64,000 nucleotides of DNA from an uncultured Candidatus Saccharibacteria bacterium (GCA_964590205.1 CAZPVO010000003.1:682-64681); one strand, 5' to 3'. Counted from the first letter of the stretch, positions 46,130 through 54,913 are shown. Notes: a model not told the origin generated them from the sequence alone. Program-made: numbers and translations.

Positions 46130-46267
46130 TCATTCTTCGTGGTGTTTGTGATGTTCGACGATTTTGTGTTCTTCGTCCTTTGCTTTCTCATATAACTTCA
46201 CAATTCCAACACCAATCAGTGCAATCAGCAAAGTCCCCAGAAATGATAATAAAACTAATGGTCCCAT
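46130..46267 (-). CDS. possible 45-aa single-TM small protein
   Basis: ATG..TGA ORF below the track threshold: MGPLVLLSFLGTLLIALIGVGIVKLYEKAKDEEHKIVEHHKHHEE. It has a hydrophobic helix and a charged, His-rich tail. Confidence 0.35.
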   Translation of the reverse strand: MGPLVLLSFLGTLLIALIGVGIVKLYEKAKDEEHKIVEHHKHHEE

Positions 46268-46296
46268 AGCTTAATTGTACCAGCTCTTTTGTATAC

Positions 46297-46483
46297 TTGC
46301 TTTTTTACCGTTATGGTTATAGAATAATTCCCATGCATTTATTTGCAAACAATACTACTTTTCAAAACACTCGCCGCGCTCGTATATAGGAGTGGCGTGT
46401 TTTGCTATTGTTTGTAAATTTTAAATCTTAAAAAGAAGCCCCCGCGCCCACTCCAAGACTTACAACGGGCTTCTTTTAATTTT
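46297..46483 (+). promoter_or_regulatory. promoter plus structured leader or small RNA upstream of the GNAT gene
   Basis: TTGCTT (46297-46302), 17-nt spacer, TAGAAT (46320-46325). A 14-bp + 8-bp extended hairpin spans 46341-46419. A 9-bp stem AAGAAGCCC/GGGCTTCTT (46433-46475) is followed by TTAATTTT. Confidence 0.5.
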
Positions 46484-46495
46484 AGGAGATTTAAG

Positions 46496-46999
46496 ATGTT
46501 TTACTATGAAATTTTAGATACGAACAATCCAATGTCGGTCGGTGAATATTGTCTCATAACTGCCAATGGCACAGCCGTTCCCTATTGGTTCACACAACAA
46601 AGTCTAGAGGGCGGCGTTAAGCCATTTACACCCCTGGATGTAGCTGGCCATGTAATTGGAGCTGCGGCTATATCACATGAGACAAATTGGCAGCGTGGCA
46701 ATCACGTTCAGTCAGAAGTTTATGGCTACGCTGGCATCGTCGATACCTATGAGTTCGAAGGTGAAAGCTATGACCAAATTGGCAGCTTTTTAGTCGACAA
46801 GAACCAACGTGGACTTGGTGTTGGAGCAGAAGTGCTTAAAACATTGATCGATGCATTGCCAGGTAAAAATCTTTCAGCAATGGTAAAAGAAAGTAATACC
46901 GCATGCGCTCATCTGTTCGAAAAATTTGGTTTTAAGGACAAAAGTGCACCAAGCATAAACAAATACGGCAAAACGCTCTATGTCAAAAAAGCCGCATAG
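46496..46999 (+). CDS. GNAT family N-acetyltransferase
   Basis: Motif A in FLVDKNQRGLGVGAEVLKTLIDAL, with AGGAG 7 nt upstream of the ATG. Confidence 0.8.
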   Translation: MFYYEILDTNNPMSVGEYCLITANGTAVPYWFTQQSLEGGVKPFTPLDVAGHVIGAAAISHETNWQRGNHVQSEVYGYAGIVDTYEFEGESYDQIGSFLVDKNQRGLGVGAEVLKTLIDALPGKNLSAMVKESNTACAHLFEKFGFKDKSAPSINKYGKTLYVKKAA

Positions 47000-47005
47000 A
47001 ACTAT

Positions 47006-47027
47006 GGGCGGCCGGTGGCAGCCGCCC
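47006..47027. terminator. GC-rich hairpin between convergent genes
   Basis: GGGCGGC-CGGTGGCA-GCCGCCC, a 7-bp GC stem between the stops at 46999 (+) and 47048 (-). There is no clear U-tract. Confidence 0.4.
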
Positions 47028-47047
47028 TCAGAGCTTTAGCCACACTT

Positions 47048-48037
47048 TTACCAGTGAGGTCCGGTTTGATGTGTACGGCCACGGTGTCGAACAGGCTTTT
47101 GGCCTTGGATTTTCTTCCACCCGTTCTTGTCTCGATGGCGATCTTTTGTTTTGTTACGAAGTTGAGGATTTGTTGGACCATTATCGATGATCGCTTTTTC
47201 TTCGTCTGGAATAAATCCAATGTTATTAATGCTGGTAATTTTAGTTTTATTAACTTTTTTACTAACAGGCACATTTTTAACTTCAGACTTTTGAACCTTT
47301 TCTTCAACAGTCTTGGTGTCATTTTCATCACCCTTTTCCGTAATCCCAATATGTGCGCCACGTCGTTTATCCAACACTTGGTCTAAAAAGATTCTTACTG
47401 CATAAGGTGATAATTCATGGTCAAGGTTATATTCATCCTCCATCTCTCTTCGGTCCTTATAATGAAATTGCTCAACAAGTTCGTCAGCACGCTTTATTTC
47501 TACGTCTGACTTCCACTCATCTTCAACGCCCTTAGTCGTGGTTTTATCTTTGATATCAACACCGTGCTCTGCAAAGTCTTCTTCGACTGCGGTTTCTGCT
47601 AATTCTGCTCGCTCATCAGCTAAGTGTTGGTTAGGTACACTTGAAGTTTGTTCGCCATTTGCATTTTCATCTTCAGCAGAAGCCATTCCTGTAACATCAA
47701 CTTTGGTTACTTTATCCCAGCCTGTGTCTCCAAGTTCTTTCTTGAGCTGTTCATCAACTTGCTCTTTGGATGCTTGAGCATCGTCCGCATCAGTTTCAAA
47801 ACCTCGTTGGTACTTGTTATGGACTTTTGCAGGTAGTTCAACGGTGAAATGTCGTGGATCGGCTGGTAATTCTTTAGTAATTGTATCTGTATGTACTTCT
47901 ACTACAGGGACAGTCATGGCTTCAGTATGCTGTTCATGTGCGACACTTGGCAACAGACTTCCAACAACTGCAACAGCAGCAACTTTAGCGAGAGCTTTGT
48001 GATTATGTTGTTCTGGTTGTGGTACTTCTGCTGACAT
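47048..48037 (-). CDS. hypothetical exported/anchored protein with basic C-terminus
   Basis: The N-terminal hydrophobic segment KVAAVAVVGSLLPSVA is followed by an acidic middle region and a Lys/Arg-rich tail. No motif recognised. Confidence 0.45.
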   Translation of the reverse strand: MSAEVPQPEQHNHKALAKVAAVAVVGSLLPSVAHEQHTEAMTVPVVEVHTDTITKELPADPRHFTVELPAKVHNKYQRGFETDADDAQASKEQVDEQLKKELGDTGWDKVTKVDVTGMASAEDENANGEQTSSVPNQHLADERAELAETAVEEDFAEHGVDIKDKTTTKGVEDEWKSDVEIKRADELVEQFHYKDRREMEDEYNLDHELSPYAVRIFLDQVLDKRRGAHIGITEKGDENDTKTVEEKVQKSEVKNVPVSKKVNKTKITSINNIGFIPDEEKAIIDNGPTNPQLRNKTKDRHRDKNGWKKIQGQKPVRHRGRTHQTGPHW

Positions 48038-48101
48038 GATTTTTGTTTTATGTTGTAATGATATTAGTATACCATAAGAGTTATGGATTTACAACTTTAT
48101 T

Positions 48102-48524
48102 TTATTGTTGCTTTGCCCAGTAGGCTTCGATAAGCTTATTGTCGGCTAAATCTTTGAACCGAGCAGTATCAGCTTTCCAATCATACAGTTCTTTGAGTGG
48201 CATAAACGGGATTCCCTCAACCACCTCAGGACTTTCAATATAATCTTTGATCTTAGGAATCCAGCGGTCATTTTTGTTATAAGTTGTGAACGCTTCGCAC
48301 TCAAACTTGCTAAATTTTTTATACAGATACGGCATAAAGTTATCGAGTTTTATTTCTTCCCACCCCTGCTTTTTAAGTTCCCCGTAAAGCTTTTGAGTGA
48401 CATATAAATCAATATCATATGTTGGGCGAATATTACGAATTGCCAATGACGAACCGCCGAACAAACAGTACTGTCCTTTTGGCAAATCAAGCTGCTCAAC
48501 AAGCTCAATAATCTCGTCTTTCAT
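48102..48524 (-). CDS. minimal nucleotidyltransferase-fold protein (ANT/Lnu-like)
   Basis: LFGGSSLAIRNIRPTYDIDLYV fits the G[GS]-x(9-13)-DxD pattern of the pol-beta NTase superfamily. Confidence 0.5.
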   Translation of the reverse strand: MKDEIIELVEQLDLPKGQYCLFGGSSLAIRNIRPTYDIDLYVTQKLYGELKKQGWEEIKLDNFMPYLYKKFSKFECEAFTTYNKNDRWIPKIKDYIESPEVVEGIPFMPLKELYDWKADTARFKDLADNKLIEAYWAKQQ

Positions 48525-48533
48525 TCTAACCGT

Positions 48534-49115
48534 TCACTTCTTAGAATGTTTAACTATCTTTTGGCGTAGATAAATTTCTAAGCCTATCGATATAGCTGAA
48601 AACAAATAGTATAGCGGAAACGCAAAATTATTAAATTTGTGACTACTTATGCCAGCGATGGCAAGGGTTGCGCCGAAAGCAAAAAGAGCAAATGGGTGCC
48701 AAGATTCCTCAAAAGGCTCAATCCACGCGTGGTAATATGTCGGTATTGCAGCAAAGAGATCTGCGATAATAGCAAACGCGATGGCCCATGTTGGGTTACT
48801 ACTCACGAGCCACAGCACCAATCCAATAATTGATATTGCCTGACAGGTTGCATCCAACCATCCATATCCCCTATCCCCATTTCGAAGTGCAAAAATCACA
48901 ATTAATATATCAATGGTCGACGCTGTTCCAGTTAATACTGCTGCCGTGTATGCATGCGCACTTATTTCAGCAACTGTAGCAATAATTCCAAGTAATCCCC
49001 AAGTAGACCATGTGGCTAGTCGAGGCTTAACTCGCTTCTTAATGGTATCAATAAGATACGGGGTAAACGACAGTGCGACAATTAGCGATCCAACGACAGT
49101 TAATAGTTCGCTCAT
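48534..49115 (-). CDS. multi-pass membrane protein (paralog of 42750..43346)
   Basis: Six TM helices, with the same length class and N-terminal pattern as 42750..43346. Confidence 0.5.
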   Translation of the reverse strand: MSELLTVVGSLIVALSFTPYLIDTIKKRVKPRLATWSTWGLLGIIATVAEISAHAYTAAVLTGTASTIDILIVIFALRNGDRGYGWLDATCQAISIIGLVLWLVSSNPTWAIAFAIIADLFAAIPTYYHAWIEPFEESWHPFALFAFGATLAIAGISSHKFNNFAFPLYYLFSAISIGLEIYLRQKIVKHSKK

Positions 49116-49121
49116 ATTGCC

Positions 49122-49499
49122 TTAGTCACTAAAATAGTTATCTTCTGGGCGGTTGTAATGAGTAAGCTTAAACATTTCTTTCATTTCTTCAGGGGTGTTG
49201 AGTCGAATAATTTTAAACTTGCCTGATGTTACCCCATTTTCATAATCATGATGAATTTCAGTTATGTAAACCAAGCCCCAGTACAACCATTTACCAGCAA
49301 GATCTTCAGACAAAAAGTTTCGCACTGGAGGGACTTTGTAAACTCGAATTCCCTTCTTCGATTTAAACTCAAAAATTTTGTCTTTAACGTCATCGAGTGA
49401 AAAGGGTTTCGCTAGGTGCTTTGTTATATCTAATTCCAATGGGAATCCCTGCTCTTTTGAGATTCTGAGCGTATCGTTAACTTCGATGAATGATCCCAC
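49122..49499 (-). CDS. hypothetical cytoplasmic protein
   Basis: 125-aa ORF tightly packed against glyQS. No motif recognised. Confidence 0.45.
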   Translation of the reverse strand: MGSFIEVNDTLRISKEQGFPLELDITKHLAKPFSLDDVKDKIFEFKSKKGIRVYKVPPVRNFLSEDLAGKWLYWGLVYITEIHHDYENGVTSGKFKIIRLNTPEEMKEMFKLTHYNRPEDNYFSD

Positions 49500-49501
49500 T
49501 G

Positions 49502-50851
49502 CTAGCTAACCTTTTTTACTAAATCTTCAATCTTGATGCGGTCTTGTTTGGTGGTGTCGCGGTCTCGGAGCGTGACGGTGCCATCTTCGAGAGTATCGAA
49601 GTCGATGGTTACGCAATACGGCGTACCGATTTCGTCCTGGCGACGATAACGCTTACCGATGTTACCGTTGTCATCCCACATAACATTGCCGAGTTCTTTT
49701 TTGAGAGTTCTGTAGACTTCTTCGGCTTTTTTAACTAGCTCTGGTTTGTTCTTGAGCAGTGGCGATACTGCTACCCGATACGGCGCCAAGTGCGATGCAA
49801 GCTTGAGGACCACGCGTGTTTCGCTGTTCACTTCTTCCTCATGATAGGCATTCACCAAAACAGCCATGAGCATACGTCCAACTCCGACTGAACTTTCGAT
49901 AACATACGGAACAAACCGTTCACCTGTTGATTCGTCAAAATAGCTGAGATCTTTTTTGCTGACACGCTGATGGTTGGAAAGATCGTAATCGGTTCGGTTG
50001 TGTGTTCCCCACAGCTCTTTAAAACCTTGCGGAAAGTTAAAGTAAATATCATGCGCCGCCGCTGCATAGTGAGCTCGTTCTTTTTCGTCGTGCTCGTGCC
50101 ACTGCAGGTTTTTCTCATCAATGCCTAGTCGCTTAGTTAGGAAATTCCAGGCAAACTCACGCCATGTTTCATACACTTCTTTTTGATCGGTATCACGAAT
50201 AAAATACTGCATCTCCATCTGTTCCAGCTCGCGAACTCGAAAGATAAAATCACGAGGGCTAATTTCGTTTCGGAAGGCTTTTCCTACTTGGGCAACGCCA
50301 AAAGGCAGTTTGGCGCGCATGGTTTCACGAACGTTTTCGTAGTTGGTAAAAATCGAACCTGCCGTTTCTGGTCGTAAATACGCCACACTTGAATCATCTT
50401 CGATTGGGCCAACCCACGTTTTCATCATCATGTTGTAAGTTCGCGGTTCAGTCAGGGCTTTTTTGCCACAGGTTGGACAAGCTTTATCTTTGAGTAGTTC
50501 CGTGAGTTCTTTTAGATCGGTCGAATCGGTGCCAGCTAAATGATCGGCTCGGTGCCGCGCCCCACAGTTTTTACAGTCAACAAGTGGATCGGTAAAACCG
50601 GCTACGTGACCACTGGCTTCCCAGAGCTTCGGATTTTGAATAATAGCCCCGTCGACTCCAAAAATGTTGTCGTGCTCGTGCACCATTGCGTCCCACCACT
50701 CTTTTTTCAGATTGTTTACCAGCTCCACACCAAGTGGGCCATAGTCGTAAAAGCCAGCCAAGCCACCATAAATTTCACTAGCCTGAAATACAAAACCGCG
50801 GCGTTTGGCAAGACTTACAATATCGTCTAAACTAACTTTTTTGTCGCTCAT
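49502..50851 (-). CDS. glyQS: glycyl-tRNA synthetase (dimeric GlyQS type)
   Basis: FVFQASEIYGGLAGFYDYGPLGVEL, class II motifs and an anticodon-binding C-terminus. Start taken at MSDKKVSLDDIV (50851), because the upstream part of the ORF looks non-coding. Confidence 0.92.
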   Translation of the reverse strand: MSDKKVSLDDIVSLAKRRGFVFQASEIYGGLAGFYDYGPLGVELVNNLKKEWWDAMVHEHDNIFGVDGAIIQNPKLWEASGHVAGFTDPLVDCKNCGARHRADHLAGTDSTDLKELTELLKDKACPTCGKKALTEPRTYNMMMKTWVGPIEDDSSVAYLRPETAGSIFTNYENVRETMRAKLPFGVAQVGKAFRNEISPRDFIFRVRELEQMEMQYFIRDTDQKEVYETWREFAWNFLTKRLGIDEKNLQWHEHDEKERAHYAAAAHDIYFNFPQGFKELWGTHNRTDYDLSNHQRVSKKDLSYFDESTGERFVPYVIESSVGVGRMLMAVLVNAYHEEEVNSETRVVLKLASHLAPYRVAVSPLLKNKPELVKKAEEVYRTLKKELGNVMWDDNGNIGKRYRRQDEIGTPYCVTIDFDTLEDGTVTLRDRDTTKQDRIKIEDLVKKVS

Positions 50852-50973
50852 CTTACGCATAAGTATAACAGATCTGAGGCGAATATAATGAGCCTGGTAA
50901 ATTGCAAAGCAATTTAGGTGACACGCAGTGGCACTAGCTGGTTCGACCTTGCAACGCAAGGTCATAACAGATG

Positions 50974-51663
50974 CTATCCGTGCGCGAACTGACTAAACAT
51001 CGTTTTAATTGTTGGGTTGATCTGGTCCGCTATTTTTTCAATTGATTCAATGTGCATTAATTTTTCCGGCGTCTGTGACAAAAATAACCTGAGGAGTTTA
51101 ATGTGGTTTGAGTTAAATTTTCCCTGATCATTCACCCCAAAAGCCATGGCGTCAAAATCGAACAAATAGCGTTGCCCTTCTTCCAATTTTTTGTTTTGTG
51201 TGTCGGTTATTAAGTTTGGTTCATGCCCTAAAAGTTGCAACAGTCGAAAACGAAACCATGATTCAATAACCACAGGTTGATTATTTGGCTCATTCAAACT
51301 TTGCAAGCCTTCAAGCAAAAGTTCAAAATATTCAGCTTCGCAACTATCCTGTGTTGATTTATCTATCATTTTTAACAACTCATAGGCAGTTTGCGTTCGG
51401 CTAATTTCTGCGACAATGTTGCCAAAATGTGAGACTAAGCGCGTTGAAATGAGCGTACTAATATCTCGTTTGCCGGGAATATAGGTAATCGTACTAACAC
51501 TAAATAGTTCGATGCCGCCAGCCAGTTTACTTTTGATTTTGCGTACACCTTTGGCCATCAGGCGTAATTTACCTTGATCTGGGGTCAGAACTGTTAAAAT
51601 CCTATCAGCTTCGGCAAAATTCAGTCGATTGAGCACTATTGCGGTTGTAACAACTTGTTTCAT
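50974..51663 (-). CDS. recO: DNA repair protein RecO
   Basis: OB-fold N-terminus TTAIVLNRLNFAEADRILTVLTPDQGKLRLMAKGVRK. Confidence 0.85.
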   Translation of the reverse strand: MKQVVTTAIVLNRLNFAEADRILTVLTPDQGKLRLMAKGVRKIKSKLAGGIELFSVSTITYIPGKRDISTLISTRLVSHFGNIVAEISRTQTAYELLKMIDKSTQDSCEAEYFELLLEGLQSLNEPNNQPVVIESWFRFRLLQLLGHEPNLITDTQNKKLEEGQRYLFDFDAMAFGVNDQGKFNSNHIKLLRLFLSQTPEKLMHIESIEKIADQINPTIKTMFSQFAHG

Positions 51664-52049
51664 GATGGTGTCTTTGCTGAGAGCAAATCCTGCACAACTT
51701 TGGTTAGCTCGGCCAGTGTAGTGTGCGGCTTATAGAGATATTTGATGATCCCAAGCTGCTGTTTGAGCATATTACTCAAGTGTAAGTCATCTTCAGGAAT
51801 AACCGTGTGAATTATGACGGGCAGCTGCCGCAAATCACTGTGTGAGCGAAGCTCGTATAAAAACTCCACACCATTATGTTTAGCAAGCTGCAATTCCAGC
51901 ACAATCAGTTCGGGGTGCTCACGATCAATAAAAGTAATCGCCCCTTGGGCTGAGGAAATCGTTCCAATCTTAATAGACGCTGCTTTTAAAGCCGCTGTGT
52001 AGGTTTTAGCCAGCAATCGGTCTGGCTCAATCAAAAGCACCTGTGTCAT
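51660..52049 (-). CDS. atypical receiver domain protein (Glu at phospho-acceptor position)
   Basis: The receiver fold is conserved (VLLIEPD, IIHT, LYKP), but the acceptor site reads ELIVLELQL instead of D. The stop overlaps the recO start by 4 nt. Confidence 0.7.
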   Translation of the reverse strand: MTQVLLIEPDRLLAKTYTAALKAASIKIGTISSAQGAITFIDREHPELIVLELQLAKHNGVEFLYELRSHSDLRQLPVIIHTVIPEDDLHLSNMLKQQLGIIKYLYKPHTTLAELTKVVQDLLSAKTPS

Positions 52050-52053
52050 ATCT

Positions 52054-52773
52054 TTATAGTAGCGCGAGTTGTTGGCTTGGCAAAAGTATCGCAGCTAAAC
52101 CTGCTTTACCACGAGTATGAGTAACCTTTAGCTGGTATGTCATGGCGTCAAATAGTGAACGGGCCACCAGCACTCCTGCACCACTGGCATGCGTCATATC
52201 CGCAAGCGGCTGACGTGCAAAACCATATAAATCTTTAGCCTGTTGCAGCAATTGGCTACTTAAATCCAGATTTGTTGTTTGAATACCTGCCAGAACTCCT
52301 TGCCGACTTCCCTGAGCGATCAGAATAATATTCGTCTTTTTTGGCTGGCTATCAACTGAGCTAATAAAACTGTAGCCCAGGCTTGTTAACGCCGCTTGCA
52401 GCGCCTGACGATGCGCCATAACCAGTCCCTTCTTCCCTTTTATGGACAGATTAATTTGGCAATCATAGAGCTTTGCAATTTTGTGCAAGTACTGTGCGGT
52501 ATCGTACATGGTTGCGCTGAGAGAAACAGGTTCAAGCTCGAGTTTTTGTTGACCAAGCATCGCTTGGGTACTGAGCACGTAGCTATCAAGTAATCTGAGC
52601 GCGGTGTCAGCAAGCACCGCTGTCCGATCAATTTCCCAGGTGTTGCCGGTTACCTGAGCAAGTTCGGCGCTGCGAGCTATTTGCATCAAGGGTAGCTTTA
52701 ATTCTTCAGCCAATGTTCGTAGTAATCGACTTTGCGACTGGTCTTCTCCACCCAGTACTACACCGCTATTCAC
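52054..52773 (-). CDS. degenerate cytoplasmic histidine-kinase-like protein
   Basis: GTG start. The DHp-like segment reads LAEELKLPLMQIARSAEL, with Glu where the H-box His is expected. The N-box position reads LTSLGYSFI (no Asn), and a G2-like ASGAGVLVARSL is present. Confidence 0.55.
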   Translation of the reverse strand: MNSGVVLGGEDQSQSRLLRTLAEELKLPLMQIARSAELAQVTGNTWEIDRTAVLADTALRLLDSYVLSTQAMLGQQKLELEPVSLSATMYDTAQYLHKIAKLYDCQINLSIKGKKGLVMAHRQALQAALTSLGYSFISSVDSQPKKTNIILIAQGSRQGVLAGIQTTNLDLSSQLLQQAKDLYGFARQPLADMTHASGAGVLVARSLFDAMTYQLKVTHTRGKAGLAAILLPSQQLALL

Positions 52774-52825
52774 GTTTCAATTACCCTCACTTAATCAGCT
52801 ATCAATTATAGCACTGTTACGGGTG

Positions 52826-53491
52826 TTATGGTGTGAAACTAAAGTTGGCGAGAATATTGTTATTAAAGTCGTCTTTGTACTGATTTGCCTCTGTTGTAAG
52901 TTTGATGGTTTTATCACGAAGAGGTAACAATACTACAACGCCTTGCTTGCCTGACTCCACTTCGCCCTCAATCCTCACACCGATAACATTTGGGACATTA
53001 ACTGGCTTATACGGAACAGCTGTGGCCTTGCCGGTTTTTACTGGTGCGTCGTAGCTCTTAATCTCATCCGCAAAACCACGATTAACTACTTCCAGATGCA
53101 ATGCATAATTTTGTTGCGGGCTTATGCCTGGCACAAAGTTCGGATGAAAGTGACCGTCGAGCGCTGCAGTGCCATTGCCGCTTTCATCAACATACGCACT
53201 CCATGTTTTTGGATAGTGAATTTGCACACTTCCATATGCACTTGGTCCTTGATACTGTTTGAGCGGCTGTTTTTCGCGCTCAATAAACTCATCATCTTTT
53301 TGAGTAGCCGTATCCTTTTTGGCAACATCAACAGCGGTAGCAATTTTTTGGTCAGTGTTGTTTTTATAATCTTGTCGGCTACTGTAGGACCAGAACGCAA
53401 AACCAAGAGTCAGCAAAAAAAAGACGACAGCAAAAATCAACGGTATAAGAAGGACATTCATGCCCTGCTCATTTGAGCGGAGTTTACTCAT
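52826..53491 (-). CDS. hypothetical membrane-anchored extracytoplasmic protein
   Basis: An N-terminal TM helix (VLLIPLIFAVVFFLLTLGFAFW) is followed by a beta-rich domain. Confidence 0.45.
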   Translation of the reverse strand: MSKLRSNEQGMNVLLIPLIFAVVFFLLTLGFAFWSYSSRQDYKNNTDQKIATAVDVAKKDTATQKDDEFIEREKQPLKQYQGPSAYGSVQIHYPKTWSAYVDESGNGTAALDGHFHPNFVPGISPQQNYALHLEVVNRGFADEIKSYDAPVKTGKATAVPYKPVNVPNVIGVRIEGEVESGKQGVVVLLPLRDKTIKLTTEANQYKDDFNNNILANFSFTP

Positions 53492-53520
53492 AACGCTAAT
53501 GGTAACCTAAACTGCCACCC

Positions 53521-54171
53521 TTAGGCAATAGTTGTGCCAGGACCTTCCTCAATTACTGCCGCAGGCCTAAAGCGCAGTGAACCGTAATTATCGTTTTGTT
53601 GAAATTGTACCCTTTGAATTTTGCCTCTGTCAGCACGATATCGACAGACAGGCGCCCACCCTGGTTCCGGCATTGTAGTCTCTCCAGTAAGCCAAGTGTC
53701 AGTATAATTATTTGCGTCAGGAATTTCTTCGCCACGCAACCGGGCATCTGAAATCATTCCGCGGTAAACATCGTATGTCATGCCGACTCGTGTATCTATC
53801 TCGCGTCCATCGACACTAACTACAAACTTATCTCGATTACGTTGATCAAATATATTTTTCCAGCTCCGCTCTTTTTCGTGATAATCTCTGCCAGGTCCAA
53901 GATCAAGACCTTTTGACGCTGCGTAAACAACTGTTAAAGTATCGCCACCCACATCGTAATTAATGGTCCGCACAATGCGGAAAAATTCCGCACTCGCCCC
54001 ATGATCCCTAAACTTTTCTGCCATAGCTTTTGCTAACTCTACTGCTTTTTCTGCTTGTTCACGATCTCGAAAATGAAACGTCTCACCCGGATTACTTATT
54101 ATCTCTCCGCTTTTCTCTGGATCATGTAAATCACTTGTGCTATCACTCATATTTGGCATATAAATCTCCAA
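53521..54171 (-). CDS. hypothetical protein
   Basis: ORF with protein-like composition; the start may be MPNMSDS at 54159. No motif recognised. Confidence 0.45.
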   Translation of the reverse strand: MEIYMPNMSDSTSDLHDPEKSGEIISNPGETFHFRDREQAEKAVELAKAMAEKFRDHGASAEFFRIVRTINYDVGGDTLTVVYAASKGLDLGPGRDYHEKERSWKNIFDQRNRDKFVVSVDGREIDTRVGMTYDVYRGMISDARLRGEEIPDANNYTDTWLTGETTMPEPGWAPVCRYRADRGKIQRVQFQQNDNYGSLRFRPAAVIEEGPGTTIA

Positions 54172-54202
54172 AAGTATAGCAGCTACTATAAACTAATATA
54201 TT

Positions 54203-54718
54203 CTACTTCGCCATCTTATTATATTCGTACAAGAATATTCCTTTTTTGGTTTTCATTGGCTTCTTATTTGGAATCGTAAATACAAAACTCACCAGCTTAA
54301 TTGGTTTTTTAAAATCGCTTTGGATTTTTTTGTCTAAACGCTCCATGTAAGGTTGCAGCAAAAAAACGAAAATCCCATCGGCTGGCGGTAATGTCCCCCG
54401 CCAATAATTACCCCATTTAATTTTGATGTGCTTGCGATATTTGCGAGTCAAAATCCAGGAGTAAATGACTAGCAACGGATTAAGTTCATAGCCAATACCG
54501 TTTATGCCGCGCTTGGCGGCTTCTATCAGTACGCGACCATCGCCACTGCCTAGCTCCAGTAAAGTCTGCCCAGGCTTTAGGTCAATCAAATCAACAGCTT
54601 TGTACATCTCAGGTTTAAGAATTGGCAAAAACGGTGCACCAAAAGCAATGACAAAGCAAAAACAAACAAACACCACTGCACAAACAATCACCGTGGTATT
54701 CCAGGCAATTTGGAGCAT
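54203..54718 (-). CDS. class I SAM-dependent methyltransferase with N-terminal TM helix
   Basis: Motif I in LLELGSGDGRVLIEAAKRG. Confidence 0.65.
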   Translation of the reverse strand: MLQIAWNTTVIVCAVVFVCFCFVIAFGAPFLPILKPEMYKAVDLIDLKPGQTLLELGSGDGRVLIEAAKRGINGIGYELNPLLVIYSWILTRKYRKHIKIKWGNYWRGTLPPADGIFVFLLQPYMERLDKKIQSDFKKPIKLVSFVFTIPNKKPMKTKKGIFLYEYNKMAK

Positions 54719-54909
54719 TATTTAGTTTTCTTTACTTTGCTTACGGTGTTTTGAGCTTGAGCAATGAATTTGTTGAGTTTTTCAGTAATTTGCAGTGCTT
54801 CGCTGTATAGCTCAGTTGCTTCCTCTATATCAACTTCGCCACCTTGCAGTGTATCCAAAATAGCATCAAGTTGCGCTTTTAAAACCTTGTAAGTATTTTC
54901 TTTAGCCAT
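54718..54909 (-). CDS. xseB: exodeoxyribonuclease VII small subunit
   Basis: 63-aa helical protein (LDAILDTLQGGEVDIEEATELYSEALQITEKL) located directly after xseA. Confidence 0.85.
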   Translation of the reverse strand: MAKENTYKVLKAQLDAILDTLQGGEVDIEEATELYSEALQITEKLNKFIAQAQNTVSKVKKTK

Positions 54910-54913
54910 AGCG

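Noticed and set aside
47002-47361. Alternative-frame ORF 47002..47361 (-) suggesting a frameshift in gene 47048..48037
   Set aside because: This frame would read through the GC-rich terminator hairpin at 47006-47027. Its N-terminal two-thirds is Lys/Leu low-complexity. The main frame stops cleanly just upstream of the hairpin.
50852-50973. T-box leader upstream of glyQS
   Set aside because: The leader is only about 110 nt. It has two small hairpins (GACCTTGC/GCAAGGTC and AAATTGC/GCAATTT) but no T-box consensus (AANNNGGGTGGNACCGCG-like), no specifier loop and no terminator/antiterminator pair.
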